In this document: in pieces, positions 44,873 to 59,572 of the stretch | How the letters are laid out: each line of letters opens with the position of its first letter | How positions within the stretch are numbered: the stretch's first letter is position 1 | DNA from: Spizellomyces punctatus DAOM BR117 | Lineage: Eukaryota | Strand: one strand, 5' to 3' | Assembly: GCA_000182565.2 (NCBI GenBank) | Contig: KQ257464.1 | DNA length: 64,000 bases | Notes under the pieces: generated by a model | What the model was told of the DNA's origin: nothing | Seen by the model: only the letters and a program-made list of their open reading frames with translations | Databases searched by the model: none | Made by a program: the position numbers and the translations under genes

Positions 44873-46006
44873 ATGCCCGCTGTACAAGACACTGAAATCT
44901 TGGTGGAGGCGAGTGATGTCTCCAAGACGCTCGTTCGCACCAAGCAACTGCCAGACCTGACCGACAATGACCTGTTGGTGCGCATTGACAGATTCGGCCT
45001 GTCCGCCAACAACATTACATACTCCATGTTGGGAAGGTCGTACCAGTATTTTGACTTCTTTCCCACTGAAGACGCAAAATACGGTAAACCTCCGGTCTGG
45101 GCGTCGGCAACCATTGTTGACTCACGCCACCATCAGTTCAAAGCGGGTGATCGCATCTACGGATACTTTCCCCTGGCAAAGTACACGATTCTCCCCGTTT
45201 CAACGCGCGGTTTAACACCAGCATGGTTCTACGTCCACAGACCGCAACTTCCGGAAGACCGAAAGGTCTACAATCAGTACTTTGTCTGCGAAAAGGATCC
45301 TTTGTATCTTCCGAACAAGGAGCGGGAGATGATGCTCTTTAGGCCCTTGTACTGGACTAGCTACTTTTTGGATGATTACATGAATGAGTTCCAATACTTT
45401 GGTGCCAAGCGGATTATTGTCTCGAGCGCGAGCAGCAAGACTGCTTTTTGTTATGCATTTTTGGCAAAGAAACGAGGTGGAACCGAGATCATCGGTGTAA
45501 CGTCCAAATCAAATGTGGAGTACTGCAAGAGCTTGGGCTTCTACGACTCCATTGTCACATATGACCAGGTCGACACGCTAAAGAGCAACGTTTCCACTGT
45601 CTACGTTGACGTTTCCGGAAACGCCGACCTTGGGCGGCAAATTCACGCGACGGTCGGAAGTGCGTTAAAAAAGTCATTGAGCGTCGGCATGTCTCATGCT
45701 CAAGAATCCCAGGGTGAATTTCCTGAAGGTGTGGAAGTCTTCTTTGCCCCTCCTTGGATGAAGAGGCGGCAGGAAGAATTACGCGGTCGGTTGCTTGGAA
45801 TGATGGTCGCATCATGGAAGGATGCCATGGCCAACGTCCACAAATGGATCAAAATTACTGAAGTTGTCGGCCCCGAAGAGGTCGAAAAGACTTGGCAACG
45901 CTTGGCAAAGGGCGGGTTGAGTCCCGACGTTGGTCTGATTGGATACATGTGGAAGGACGGTGAAAAGGGCGGACCTGAAGTGTGGAGCAGAAAGAGCAAG
46001 CTCTAA
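44873..46006 (+). CDS. DUF2855 family protein (intronless)
   Basis: IDRFGLSANNITY...YFDFFP...PVW...RIYGYFP...LFRPL..TS...SSASSKTA...FFAP. Confidence 0.8.
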   Translation: MPAVQDTEILVEASDVSKTLVRTKQLPDLTDNDLLVRIDRFGLSANNITYSMLGRSYQYFDFFPTEDAKYGKPPVWASATIVDSRHHQFKAGDRIYGYFPLAKYTILPVSTRGLTPAWFYVHRPQLPEDRKVYNQYFVCEKDPLYLPNKEREMMLFRPLYWTSYFLDDYMNEFQYFGAKRIIVSSASSKTAFCYAFLAKKRGGTEIIGVTSKSNVEYCKSLGFYDSIVTYDQVDTLKSNVSTVYVDVSGNADLGRQIHATVGSALKKSLSVGMSHAQESQGEFPEGVEVFFAPPWMKRRQEELRGRLLGMMVASWKDAMANVHKWIKITEVVGPEEVEKTWQRLAKGGLSPDVGLIGYMWKDGEKGGPEVWSRKSKL

Positions 46007-46281
46007 CTTGCAGATGGAACTATTGCATTGCAAAGATTTTCTGAGGCCGCTTAGGATTTATAAGGACATCATCGAATATATTGTACATACACCCAACGAT
46101 GATCCTTTCTCATTTCAGTTGGATATCCAAATGCTTTATATTATGTTCAAGAAAAGAATCTAAAAAATAACAGTGAAACTAGGCAAACTACATCTCTAAA
46201 CTCATCAACATGCAAAATATCAAGAACAAGCGGAAAACGTAACATTTACAGGGAAAAGGTAACAACCCAGCTATGGCATTC

Positions 46282-46821
46282 TCAAGAGACCAGTATGGGC
46301 TGGGGAACGGTATATGGCGCTGCAGACGGCGTATTGCCTTTTGATGAGGTCGACAAGCGCTCCACAGCGGGTTGCGGCTGTGAAGTAGGCGCTTGGGGAG
46401 GTGCTTTAATGGTCACGGTCACAGGACTTGTTCGCCCACCTTTTCTTGCGTCTGAGCTTTGGCTCACGCCCTTGTCTTCCCAAACTGTGACAGGATATGC
46501 TCTCTCACCGACTCTGTAAGACACAGACCCAGGGTCAGTCCACAGTACAAACTCATCTGGAAAAGCCTTGTCGAGAGAGTGCTGCTGTACACCCGCGTCC
46601 TCAGCAGCGTCGACAATTAGAGCATCGACGCGTCCACCGAGAATCGAAATGGCGCGGAACCCATTTCCTCGCAATGGATGCGACGGGTCCCAATGCTGAG
46701 AAAATTTCGATTGCATTCTTGAGGACAGGACGGATTGGAAACGTGCCCGAGTCGCAGCGGGAGTTGACGATGGCAGATGTGATGCGAGAAACGTCGATGC
46801 GGCTGATAGCTCGTTTAGCAT
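46282..46821 (-). CDS. BTG/Tob antiproliferative family protein
   Basis: Box A HWDPSHPLRGNGFRAISI and box B FPDEFVLWTDPGSVSYRVGE. Confidence 0.85.
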   Translation of the reverse strand: MLNELSAASTFLASHLPSSTPAATRARFQSVLSSRMQSKFSQHWDPSHPLRGNGFRAISILGGRVDALIVDAAEDAGVQQHSLDKAFPDEFVLWTDPGSVSYRVGERAYPVTVWEDKGVSQSSDARKGGRTSPVTVTIKAPPQAPTSQPQPAVERLSTSSKGNTPSAAPYTVPQPILVS

Positions 46822-47342
46822 CCTTTTTTCCCTTTGTAATATGCAAATGTAGGAAGGAAAGCCGTGAATCGAAACGAGGCTTTTATAGTCAGAAAATAGA
46901 TTTGATGAACACGGTTGTTGTTGGGATGCGTTTGATTGTGTATGTTTAGCGTTTCAATCGTCAATCAACAGATATCCCCAAAATCAAAAGGCCGTTCGAG
47001 GCGTCTGCTTTGTTTTTATCCTCAAAAGTTCTTTTGGAAAAACGACAGCAACAAAGGGAGGAGAGCGATAAGCAACTCTTTGAAAAGGAACGCCTCCCCT
47101 CCGCTGTGGTCATGAGGGTTGTCATCCATTGGATAAGCGGCGCCTCAGGTGCCGCAACCTCCATTTAACCAAATATAGTTATATGGCTGCACTCGTTGTT
47201 GCCATGTTCGGTTGCTAGCGTATGGTTGGATCGGGTTCCCATGTCAACCCCGTGTATCACTTGAACTGTGTGACGCGGGCCGCAGAAATGCCTCACTCAG
47301 CTCCGACCTCTGCCTTTTCCTCATCTCGTTGATTTCTGCACC

Positions 47343-49166
47343 ATGACACCTTCTATGCTCCTTTTTGATGGGGATCACTACAGCGCTGGACAATGGTACT
47401 TGATATGTCTTGTCATTTTAGTCGCAATACAGAGCATCCCGCGACTCTGGAGGAGCTTGCGCCATTTGCTTTGCAGACAGCGCAAAACAGTGGATGGTTT
47501 GTAGCCGATACTTGCCAGAAAGTCAGGTCTTGATAGGTTCCTAAATTGCGCTTTCCTTTGTCGTATTCTCTAGATGGTCAGCAAGCCACGACGCACAATC
47601 CCATTCTAGTGTTTTTCCATCGCTTGACCTATTTTCATCTCCCGTTCTATCCCTACTATCCGACCCGTCTCATCATTTTCCTTGTCCTCTACATACTCAT
47701 TTCCGTGTTATTTGCTACGGGATCCATTACTTTGGAGAAGGATGTAGGATATCCACGTTATGGATACATGGCCCTTGCAAATCTATGCGCTGCAACCATC
47801 TTCGCCCTCAGAAACTCTCCAGCCTACTACCTTTTGGCCTTGCCATTTGAGCGGACAATCGAATTCCACAAGTGGTTTGGAATTGGGGCTATGGTTTTTG
47901 CATGGGTTCACGGTGGACTGTATCTACGACAGTGGGAAGCGCAGGATGTGACCGCTCTCATGTTCAACATGAGATCGAGGTTGGCCTTTGGCGCCGCGGT
48001 AGCTGCTCTAGTTGCGTTCGTGGTGCTGGCAGCTCAACGTCCCATCCGACGCAGAATGTGGGAGCTCTTTTGGGCCATTCATATATTTGGGTACGCTCCC
48101 GCACAACGTTGTTTGAAAGTGGTAGATCCTGCATGATTGCTCAAACATTTGCCTTTCCCATCAGTTTCCTCGCCATATTTGTTCTCGTAAATTTTCATAC
48201 GACAAAAGGATTTGAATTCACACTACCACCGCTTCTCCTTTGGGGCTTGGACCGCGTTATCCGATTCACACGCGGATGGCTCAGACCTGCTGTTGCGGAG
48301 ACCTCTGACTGCAACGGCCAGGTTACGCGTCTTGTGGTCCACCAAAACCCGCTGTGGGGACGCGCGTATCAAGCAGGACAGTACGTGTTCCTTAACGTTC
48401 CCCGTGCTGGCATGATCGAGTGGCATCCCGCCAGTATTGTGTCTGGTGCGCCATTGAAAAACGATCTGGAAGGTGCTGATGGCGCTTTCCCACCGACGCA
48501 GAATCAATACACGTTAGTGCTTCGCAACGTGGGCTCCTTCACTCGCCGATTGACGCAAGTCGGAGCAAGCCAAGAGAAACTTAAAGTGCGCATAGATGGT
48601 CCTTACGGAAAATGGGATCTCGTCGCGAAGAATTACAATCTTATTGTTCTTGTTGCCGGCGGAATAGGTGCAACGCCTATCCTGTCAGTTCTATTAACGG
48701 TTCTTCGCAAATCTTCAAAGACAGGATTCAATCGCAAAGTAGAGTTCATTTGGGCGGTGCAAACGGAGAATCAAATCATGTGGTTTGCCGATGAGCTTGC
48801 CCAAGCATCTGCCCTTGGTGCACGCATTCGGATCTTTGTGACGCAAACTTCCGAAACAACATCATCTACTGCGATGGTAACGCATACAGAAGACGGTGTC
48901 AAGATGTTTGCCGGATGTGAGATCTTGTACTTCCGACCCCATATCGAGGATGTGTGCCAAGACATCAAGAACAATTTTCCTGGAATTGAGACTGCTGTTG
49001 GAGGTGGGGTCTTATCACCTGTGTCTTTGATGGTTCATAGCTAATGGTTCTATACTTTCTAGTTTGCGGTCCTCCTGGAATGGTACGCTCTACTCGAGAT
49101 GCAGTCCGAAAGTGCTCCGATGTGCGCTCTTTATGGCATCTACATGCCGAGGCATTTGATTTGTAG
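47343..49166 (+). CDS. Ferric reductase-like transmembrane oxidoreductase (FRE/NOX family, spliced)
   Basis: Heme histidines (FHKWFG, VHG, IH, FH), FAD motif EWHPASI, IDGPYG, LVAGGIGATP, VCGP, HAEAF. The start codon is inferred. Confidence 0.85.
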
Positions 49167-49563
49167 TACTCGCCGATGGACGGCACGACTATAGACAGTT
49201 TTGAATGGCTCGTCTAGGAAGAGGACCCTTTATAAGTTTGGATGAGTTTGTGAACGGCTGTACATAGTGTCTGTAACCGCAGGATGTATATATTTGATCT
49301 GTAAGGGTGGTAATCCCGATAGGACTGTATGCGCAGAATGTTCATGTAATCATGATCAGCCACATTGGAATGCGGGTGGAATGTAGTTGCACTTGATCGG
49401 GACTCGCACGGCGCGGCTGACGGTGGTTGACGGCCAACTCCAACACGCTCATCACATCTAGTGGACGCACGTAGTCGCGTTATATCACCGTATCATACAA
49501 TAGACCTCCCCCCTCCCATCCGCGTCCCACGTTTCATATCCTGCTGTATTCCCAGCCGATACC

Positions 49564-51261
49564 ATGAGCTTTTTGTTTAAAGCACGACCGCGGACGCCAG
49601 CCGAGTTGGTGAAGGGAACTAAGGACTCGGTGCAGAAATTGGACGCTGGAGATCGGAAAAAGGTAGGTAAGAGTAAGCGGTGCGGATCTGGCTAGCGAAA
49701 ATGGCAGTCATGTGGCGGGAGACAGTGGATCCGAGACTCTCTGGATTTGACGTGGAGGCAGATTTTAGGCTCTGTTTGGACACTGGAAAATGGGCATTGA
49801 AGAAGAGGAGGATATGGAGAAAGACGTGGACTGGGAAAAAGTAACGAGTTGAAAGCAATCGGGATGCTAATAATCTAACATATCAGGCAAATGAAGAAAT
49901 ATCAAAAAATCTTATTTCCATGAAGACCATTTTGTATGGGGACGGTGGTAGGTACCTTAGACCACTTGCGAGGCTTTGTAGATGTGAGGTTGATCCGATG
50001 ATTTGGGGTATAGAAAATGATCCAGTACCAGAGCAAGTCGCACAACTTTCGCAGGAGGTATATAACAACGATCTATTGCCATCACTCGTGCAGAATATAG
50101 CAAAGTTTGAGTTTGAGGTATTGTCCGTCATAATATATCACGTACGACACAACCCGTTAATCGTACTTCTCAATCCCTTCTGTAGGCAAAAAAAGATGTT
50201 GCACAGATATTTAACAACCTGCTTCGGAGACAAATCGGAACCCGGTTCCCCACTTCGGAGTACATCGGCACTCGAGAAGAGATATTGGTTGCCCTAATTC
50301 ATGGGTTAGTACATCGCTGTAGATACTTCTAAAACATATTTCTCACAATGTTTTTCAGATATGAAAACCAAGAAATTGCTTTAAACTGTGGAATGATTCT
50401 TCGAGAATGCATTAGGCACGAATCGCTCGCAAAGTCCATCCTTGAAGGACCCCATTTCTGGAAATTCTTCAGTTACGTGGAACTATCGACTTTCGATGTA
50501 GCGTCGGATGCATTCGCAACCTTCAAAGTACGCTATGCAATTTGTTTTGCAACGGCTGCAAGATTGCTGATGGTGTTCATGTCAATGGTGTGCAGGACCT
50601 CCTTACAAAACACAAGCCCCTTGTTGCCGAGTTCCTTGCCAAAAATTACGACGAGGTAGGCGAAAGTTGTGAGACTGTTCGTCGCAATCGAAACTCACCC
50701 ATCTTCGGTTACAGTTTTTTGACAAATATACACAACTTTTAAACTCGAACAACTATGTCACGAAACGCCAGTCGCTCAAGGTAGGAAGATGATAATACGC
50801 GAGTAACACACTTCGGTGTACTAATGGTGTACCAGCTCCTGGGAGAACTACTATTAGATCGGACAAATTTCACAATAATGACAAAGTACATTAGTAACGC
50901 GGAGAACCTCAAGCTTATGATGAACCTGTTGAGAGATAAAAGCCGCAATATTCAATTTGAAGCCTTTCATGTCTTCAAGGTGAGCAAGTGGGATATGCTA
51001 GGTGAAAGTGGCCAATGCTCACTTTCAATGCTTCCTTTAGGTCTTTGTGGCGAATCCAAATAAAGCAAAGCCAATATTGGACATATTGCAGAAAAATCGG
51101 GATAAACTGATCACATTTTTGAGCAACTTCCATAATGACCGAACAGGTATGTTGCGCCCGTTTCTCTCACCCGACGAGTATTGAACTTCATGATCAACGT
51201 AGACGACGAACAATTTAATGATGAGAAAGCATTCCTCATCAAGCAAATACATGAGCTTTGA
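49564..51261 (+). CDS. MO25: MO25/Hym1/CAB39 kinase scaffold (multi-exon)
   Basis: [78 protein letters not shown]. Confidence 0.95.
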
Positions 51262-51795
51262 CAACTATACTCCGCAGGCTTCCTTGCTTGCGGGTGATGA
51301 GCACCTTTTCATCTTCGGACCGCCCGGACTTACCGGGGTGTTTATTGTATCTTTTTTGTGCTTTATTCTATTTCTGTAGCGAAACCGAATTGGCTTTTCA
51401 AGGCGTTGAAGGCGTAGCGACGCTGGAGAATGCACGGCTTTCTTTACTGTATACTGATAATATCCCCTAACATAAATGTGTTCAAACCAGTTGGACTGAC
51501 TCATTCGAATGTGGATGGTTGTACCCACTCGCTGACGAAGCCGCACTCCGTTGGCCATCGAACAGCAACTCGCGTGGAATCTCGATAGGAACGGTCGCCG
51601 TTTGTTCGACTGTTTTGCATTCAGTTCAACAGGAACTGCTTGTAAGAAGCGACAGGGCGGATGAGGCTTTCAGTGGCTATCGTCAAACTGCAAGAATTTG
51701 GCCACGATCTCTGTCTGGGTTGTGCATCCCGTCCTCGAAGCTTTGTAGGCAGTTCCCCGCGGACAACCCCATTATTAACTTGAGAAACAGCCACC

Positions 51796-54700
51796 ATGCC
51801 TAGAGAACCGCCCTTCGACCTCCTGAAATTCGCGCGAATGCGAATTCTCTTGGTACCTGTCCACCCCATCCGCCGCGATACGTTCCGCAAATATGTAGAT
51901 AGTCTTTCGCAATTCGATGTCGTGTCCCTAATGGATTTGACACCACCCGACTCAAGCCGCTCCCAGTGTAAGTTCTTCTTTGCAATAAACGTTTACACGC
52001 AAAACTCGCATCTTTGTATGCCTCTCGGTTCTCACGCATTATTTGCTCAACTTCTCTTGACACAGCAAAGTTTACAGAACAAATGTATCACCATGAAGGT
52101 TATTTACACATAAATTATGTTACGAGTTATAATAAAGAGCATCTACCATTTGAGGAATTTCAACTGTATCGGCAAATTGTCGGGGTACGTCTCAGGTACC
52201 GCAGTAAAGTTGAGCTGGGCGAATTCACATGTTTACTTGCGAGAATAGGTGATTGGAATCATGCATTGTCAACAGGTTGACAGTATAGGGGAGGGATACA
52301 AGCGTTTTCAAAACATCCTGTCACGGGTATTGCTGCCTTTAATGCTGATCGGTACGAAAACTTGCTGATAAATATTATGTGATCTCTAGTACCCATCAGT
52401 GCTTGCATCGCGATGCTTTGCGTTCGAGCCAACTGAACAGCAAGCTGACGATACGAGAGGATGCATCATGATTCCCGATGATCCCAAAAAGCTGTCATTT
52501 TATCTAATGACGCAGATCAATGACTTGGCCAATGAGCTACTGGTCGCATTTGGAAACTTGGTCAGTGATACGCCCACCATAATCACATATGCCCGGACCG
52601 CGTCTGAAGTTTGTGCACATTAAACTTCCGTAGGCTGCCCATTTTGACAAGCGCCCGATGATTAGTGGGCCGCTGATGCCTTCCTCGATTGCATCAACTC
52701 CCATTAGTGCACACGCGACAACACTCCCCGCGTCTCCCGCTTCATTTACTCCGACTATGCAATCGCTCCCATCATCTGCATCCATCGTCCAATCTCCAAG
52801 TGTATCTGCGTCTCTTCCATTGAGCGGAGTATCTACTCCTATACGTGAAGGATCTGCCCCGCTTTTATCCGCTCAAGATTCAACTGCATCAATGCTGGGA
52901 TTGGGCAATTTGTTTACGCCGGATAAGACAAAGAAACGGACGCCTGCACGTGCCCAAAAGCTGATTGCGGACTTATTTTTAATGGCTGGGAGGGTAGACC
53001 TGGCGATCAGTAGGTGCGGACCGGATTATGGGAGAGGATGATCTCGGTGAGACGTGCGTAACCTTACCAATCTTTTGGTTGCAGTTATTCCGCTGCGATT
53101 GAGGCTATGAAAGCTACTGGCGATTATCAATGGCTGGCGGCTGCCATGGAAGCGTACTATTGCGCGCTGATACTTTCTCTGTTGCCAAAGACAGGGCTAT
53201 GGGTAAGGAACGGCAGTTGTCGTCAGGCTTACTCCGTCTTGCGTTGACGACATTGCGGTTCTACAGCCAAATACGGAAGATAGCCCTTCCTCTGAAACCG
53301 CCTCCCCAACTGGAAGTACCGGCACTCTCGGGCGGCAACCTTTGCGATCACCAACCTATTCCATCATCTTCGCAGCAGCTCAATCCCACCCGCAATTCCG
53401 CATGCTAATCTGTGATATACCCGACCGATACCGTGAAATTGCTTCTTTATACGAACGATCGTTCCAACCTGGACAGCCCGGTTTCTATCCACTGCTCCAC
53501 ATACATGCTTGCCTTGACATGGCGAGGTACCTTGCTGCAATGTGGGTCGCTAAATTCAACGGCCCAGTAACGAATGGAGCTGGTGTCATGCTGGTGGTGT
53601 CAGAAAGCAAAGGTATCGCGGATATTGCCTCCAACATCGGTCTCTCTGGATCTGGTGCTCGCGCTGCAAATACAGCGGGCACTGCAACGACAGTCGGACC
53701 AGCTTTCGACAAGGATCGCATCATCTTGAATGGCGGTTTAGGAGCCTCAAAAGTGGACGTATCGACGTGGGTAATGAAAGCTTGGGCATCTGGAGTAGAA
53801 TATTTGACGCTGTCAGATCAGATTGGCTGTGTGACAAGCATCGCAACGGCATACGCTCAGATAGGGTACAAGAAGAAGCATGCATTCTTTTTGAGGCAAA
53901 CGGCTCTCCTCCTGTTAGCAACTTTAAAAGGGAACAGGAAAGCGAGGGTGTCGATGTCGGATGTATCTGAAATTGGCGGTGAACGTGGAAGGAGTGCACA
54001 ATTGACACATACTAGAGGTCTTTTTGAATGCATGCGGAGAGTTTGCGAGACGTTTGGCGTAGGTGATACAAGTGAGTACGAATCCTGCGTTTTCCACGAT
54101 GGCACCGTTTAAATTTCTGTCACAGGTGCAGTTGAGGGCAGAGAAACTGCTGACGGAACAACCAGTCTAGAAGAAGACGACAACGAATGGTTAGACTTAT
54201 ATTTTGACGAAGATGATTTGGATATGGACGAACTGGACGCACATGACATCATGTCAAAGAAAATCCAAATTTCTCGGTTGCGGTATGGATGGCCGGAATT
54301 GCAGATTGATGTTTTGAAGGAGTGCATGGAAATATCAGAGGCAGCGGATAGTACGTTCTGCTGACTTGTTAGTCTACGAGAAAATTTTTGTGTTCACGCT
54401 TCGTGTGTGTTTTCGCATTAGGTCACGTCACCTATATCACATACGCTCTTCGCCTCCTGAACAGGCTCTATAAACACCTTAGCGAGCAAGAGCAAGTTGA
54501 GCACTTAGAGGCGATGCATACCGCTGCTGCACGTAGCAAAGCCCTGGAAGTGGCCATTGGGCCGAACAACAATCCCTTGAAGTCGCCGTGCGCTTTGGTG
54601 AAAGGCGCCAGTAAAGTTCCGGTCTTGCGAAGGCTGCGATTCGTGCGGTAAGAGCGAGTGTTGCAAGTTTGCGATGGGGGTAATAGATTTGTAATCTGTG

Positions 54701-57619
54701 TCCTGCAGACAACTGGCTACTGGGATTCCATATCCACACCCGCGGTCGTCACTTGACGGGACCTTGACTGCGGCAGCAAAGGCCGCGGATCCATTTTTAT
54801 ATAATCCTTTTGCGGCCAAGACGATTGCAGCCAAAGGGAACAAGGATCTTGGACGGGATGTAAGCCCCTTATATCCGGTCGTGATAGCGTCGAGCCCTCC
54901 ATGTTCACATTGTTTTTCTCGTCGGTCATCAGGTTATTTTGATTGTGAATGAGCCTGCCTACTTTGATGTGACGTTGGCGAACCCATTTTCTTTCGACTT
55001 GGAGGTTCAAAGCCTGCTTATAAAGTGAGATTACGAACATCTTCTCAACTGTACTCCTACTTTAACAAGTTTCGTTGTATCTGACATGCTCTCTCAAAGC
55101 ACAACTGGTATCCCGTTCAAACCCCGCCCAATTTCAATTGTCATTCCTGCGGAATCCCGATCGTTCACTGTCCGGCTTTCCGGAATCCCGCTTGCACCAG
55201 GAACACTTCTGATCAAAGGGTGTACTGTTCGATTATTTGCTGGAGCTGTGGAGGAGGATATTGCGCCCTTACAGCGGCTGCTGGATGATCCACGACAGAA
55301 AACCAAAGATGGGAGACGGAAACGGCAGGATGAGCGGGAGCGTTTTGGGAAGAAGAGGATTGAGTTCGCGGAGAAGAGAAAAGAGGCTGGCACTGTGGGA
55401 CCTAAGGTTGAAAGGTAGGCTTTGTGTCTTGTATCCTTAGGCATCAGGGAATGGAGCGCTAATCGTCGTTACCTTTCACTTCTTGGGTTAAATTGATTGA
55501 GTTTAGAGAGGTGCCAGAGTGGTCTTTGCCGATTAAAGTCATTCCCGAGCAGCCCTTGGTTCAAGTTGTGCGAGACAGCCTTTTGTCTACCGGACCAATG
55601 ATGCTCTTTGAAGGGGAGAGGTAAGGGCTGAACAAAACGTAATCAAAGTTAAAATTTGCTCTGATCAGTGGTCCCACTCTAGAACCACTTTTCCTATTCA
55701 TTTGGTGAATAAGGGCACAACTCCAGTGGATTTTCTAACTATCGGTTTCGCTGAATCGTACCTTCCTGAAGCGGCCGGTGCAGAACCTATAGACGGAGCC
55801 GCGGAGGAACCGGAAGATGTGTACGAGCGCGACGTTCATGATCGCAGTATACGGGTCTTTTGGTTGGAGAAGGAGATTGGAGAGAGGATTCCCATTGCTA
55901 AGGTGGCAGATACAGGAGTGGAGAGAATTCCGGTCGCGTTAGCTCCAGGAGAACAGGTTACTATTGTTATTGGAGCGTTCGGAAAGAAGTGGAGGTATGG
56001 CGATGTGCGCGTTTGTTGAAAAGTTACATCGTTGGGAGAAAGATTGACTGTCTATTTCGTCTCTAGTACTGGTGGAACCATCAAACTAGATTATGGGCAC
56101 GTGGGCTCATCAAAAACGCCTTCCAAAAACCAACCAATAGAAGATGCCCAGTCCAGTCCGACAGAAGGCATCCAAACGCCCACTTCACCACCAGATGACC
56201 ACTTTTATACCCGTCAGATACTTATCCCTATCCTGATGACTGTTCAACCCGCCCTCCAACCGCTCAACATGGATATCCTCCTGCTGAGCGATGCATCTTC
56301 ATCTTCCTCTATTCTCATGAGTGCTACACCGAACGGCGCCATGATCAATGGGACACAAAGAAATTTATCAATGGAAGAGATGACACTGGATGCAGAGTTG
56401 GCTTTACTACAGCAGGAAGGGCTCCCTGAGGAGGATCGGAAACGTGACCATTGCTTGTTCACCTTTGATTTGAGGAATGTGTGGAGGAGTCCCTTTGAAG
56501 TTGTCTTTGAGGTTTTTGATGGTAAGATATACAAAAGGACTCGGTGATCTGAGATTCAACTCTCAGACTCTGACTTGATTGTAGGTGCTGAGGACATAAC
56601 TCCTAGCCATTCTACTAAAACTATCGTTCATGCTGGAATGACCAAACGGTTTGTGCTCTTTTGTAGTGTTTTATCATCTGGTCCTAGATTCATATCGTTT
56701 CCTTACGTATTTAGCATTCTCCTTCCCATCAAGCGCATTCATCTTCCATCGGCGACTACAACGCTCCCTATCCCCCAGCCAGATTGGAAACAATTCGTAG
56801 TTGGTAAAACCCGCAGACTTTCACCTTCAGAAGACCGAGAACGTCGCACGCTGTTCTGGTATCGTGAAGCACTTGTTGGTGGGGTAACACCCCTCCAACA
56901 TTCCCAACAGCCGAGCATGGCACGAGGACGGATTGTGGCCACTTGGTATTATTCACAAGCTCGAGTGGGGAGCTTGTCATTGCGCGGATTACGATTAAGA
57001 CGAGGATTGTTGAGCGTGTTGAAAAGGGAGGAAGTGAGGATCGAAGTGAAGGTTGTGCCCTTCACTGACTACAAAGGCGGTCAGGCAGAGGTGACAGGTG
57101 ACGCCGATCATGTTTTGGCGGTGAAGAAGATGAAGAAAGGAAGCTTTCAAATTGGCCTGTGGGAAACAGCGGTCATTGAATGGAGCGTGTGGAATTTGAA
57201 AGGTAAGGACTTAGGCATCTTCATCGTCGCGAAATCGGCGCCTAAACTGTAGTGTAACAGACCGACCCTTTCAACCCCTCCTCCGAATTCTCCCTCACCC
57301 TGACCCGCCACCGACATCTCTTCCTATAACCATCCACACTCCAACCGATGACCGATCCGTTACATTTCATAGCGTACCGAATATACAATTCGGTGGCCCA
57401 TTGCAAACCCCACTCTCTCCACTTGCCCCGTCCGAAAAAACAACCTATGCTTTGCCCGTGGTACCAACCGGCCAAGGGCGTATAAGGATATTATGGCATT
57501 TAGAGGACATCACTAGCATAACACCAACCAAGGCGTCTCGAGGCACTGTGTGGGAAGAGGATACATATTGGGGGGGTGATGGGATCCTGTTGGATATCGT
57601 CGACAAGGTCGAGCGATGA
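51796..57619 (+). CDS. TRS120: TRAPPII subunit Trs120/TRAPPC9 (multi-exon)
   Basis: RILLVPVHPI, RAQKLIADLFLMAGR, GDYQWLAAAME, IGYKKKHAFFLRQ, YGWPELQIDVLKE, DPFLYNPF, VTLANPFSFDLEV, MLFEGE. Confidence 0.88.
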
Positions 57620-57824
57620 TTGTGTAAATGTAGATGATGAAGAATGTATATGATGAAACCACCAATTCAGAGCACAGGGCGGACGCTAGTAGAATGCCCT
57701 TTATCATTGACGCTTCACAATTGACGCGTAGTTTCACTCGTTTCGCTTAGCTCTTTTATTGTGCCTTATTTACCAATCGTGCATGTTTTACTCCTGAGTA
57801 TGCTCCATGGACGTTCCACAGCGC

Positions 57825-59572
57825 TCAACCTTGCCCACCCTGTTCTGCTTCTTTCTTCAACAGTCGGAACAGCCCAGCCGCTTCTCTAATTCTCGAAAAT
57901 TGTATGCAAAACGCTTGAATCTCCACAAAGAAATCAGTAATAGATATCGTCCGATTGCGAATCAGGGACTGTAGAAAAACGCACACCTGTTGACGGACGT
58001 AATGGTGACAGTGAGATGACCATAACGTAATAACGTCGTAAGGTGCAACATACCAATCTCACTTGCCGATTTTGCATATATCTATCGCGAATAGACTCGC
58101 ATGTTCCAATGCAATGTACAATATACATGTGTAAGAAATCCGGGGGAAGTGTCACGGCATTGGCTAGTCGGTTAACAACTTCCAATGAATGGAGGGACAT
58201 GTTGATCGTGACTAGAACTTTCAAGTACCTAATTTGTTCAAAAGCGCCAATTAATGAAAGCCCGAATTGACAAAAATGCCCCCGCTCCTACTAACTCTTG
58301 CTGCCTTGGTGTCCCCATTAATCGAAGCAATGACTCCACAGCAAGATTTGGATTGTTTTCCACAAGATCTGGAAGATTTTGTGGAGAAAGTCCACAAGAG
58401 TTGACCATGTTTGGATCCGCTTCCAGAGCGCCAATCACGGACTAGAAAAAGAGACATGAACATCTCTTTCCACAGGGACGCTAGCAGTAACCACTGTGCC
58501 ACCGTAAGCTTACCTGCAGTTGTACTAATGAAAGCGGTCCTTTGAGTGCCATAGACATCAATCTCCGCACTTCATCTTTTCGAGCTACAGTTTGGCACAT
58601 GCTGAAATCCCACTCAATTCGGTGCATCACCTCCGGAGGGTCAAGCCACAGTACCTAAAATATTCAAGAGCAATCAACTACTGCCGCATAAACGCTAACA
58701 GAGGAAGGGGATTTCTAACTTCTTCCAAAGCTGGCAGGAGAATGCCTGGTGGCGGCACGGAAAAAGGCGGCGCAAAGCCAAGCAGGTCCAATTGTTCCCC
58801 ATCCGTGCGAGCTCCCGAAAATAGATCCTTTGCGGCTACCAACGCTTCTTCTACCGTGGGGTCCGCCGGGTCCTCGCTCATCGGGATGGCAAAAACGCCG
58901 TCGGTGGTTGCTGCTGCTGCGTAGAACTTGTCAGCGCATTGCCTCAGACTAGTCAAGGCCGCTAGCACTTGCTGATCGCTCAGCGTTTGCGAAATTCGGG
59001 AAACATCTAGCTGCATCAGCAATTGTTTCGGGGAGCAACGCGAGAGCTACAAGTTGACTTGGTGTTAGTCAAATTCAGTGTACAAAGTTGAGACTGCCTT
59101 GAGAGAAACCTGGCACGGTACCTCTTCTCTGGCGCCTTTCGGTTCCACCAAAAGCCGCGACACTAGATATCGTTCACAATTCGTCACATCCAACCCTCTG
59201 GTCCCTTCCCCGGTTCGGCTCGGTCCCTTCATGTCCGGCGTGATATAATCCAAAAACGTTGACAAGAAGGGATGAGCATCGGCAGGAACTGACTCATACA
59301 AATCGTGGAGTATGTACAGAGCGGACAACCGAATTGCAGGCTACGAAAAGAGATCGAGTTAACCCACAACCGTCTCAAGATAAGGCCCGGAAAATCCTTA
59401 CATTCGGAAGTAGCGTTCTCTCGCTAAGCAGCACACTAAGAGCACATGCGAAGTCAAACCGCCGGACGCTAGAGGAGAAAGAGTCTCGAAGTGCCAGGGC
59501 GGCTGTATCGAGGGGAAGTTCCACACGAGCAAGAACGGAATACAATAGATCGAGATCTGTTCCGTCTATCAT
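57825..59572 (-). CDS. CNOT11: CCR4-NOT subunit CNOT11 (DUF2363, multi-exon)
   Basis: [71 protein letters not shown]. Confidence 0.92.
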
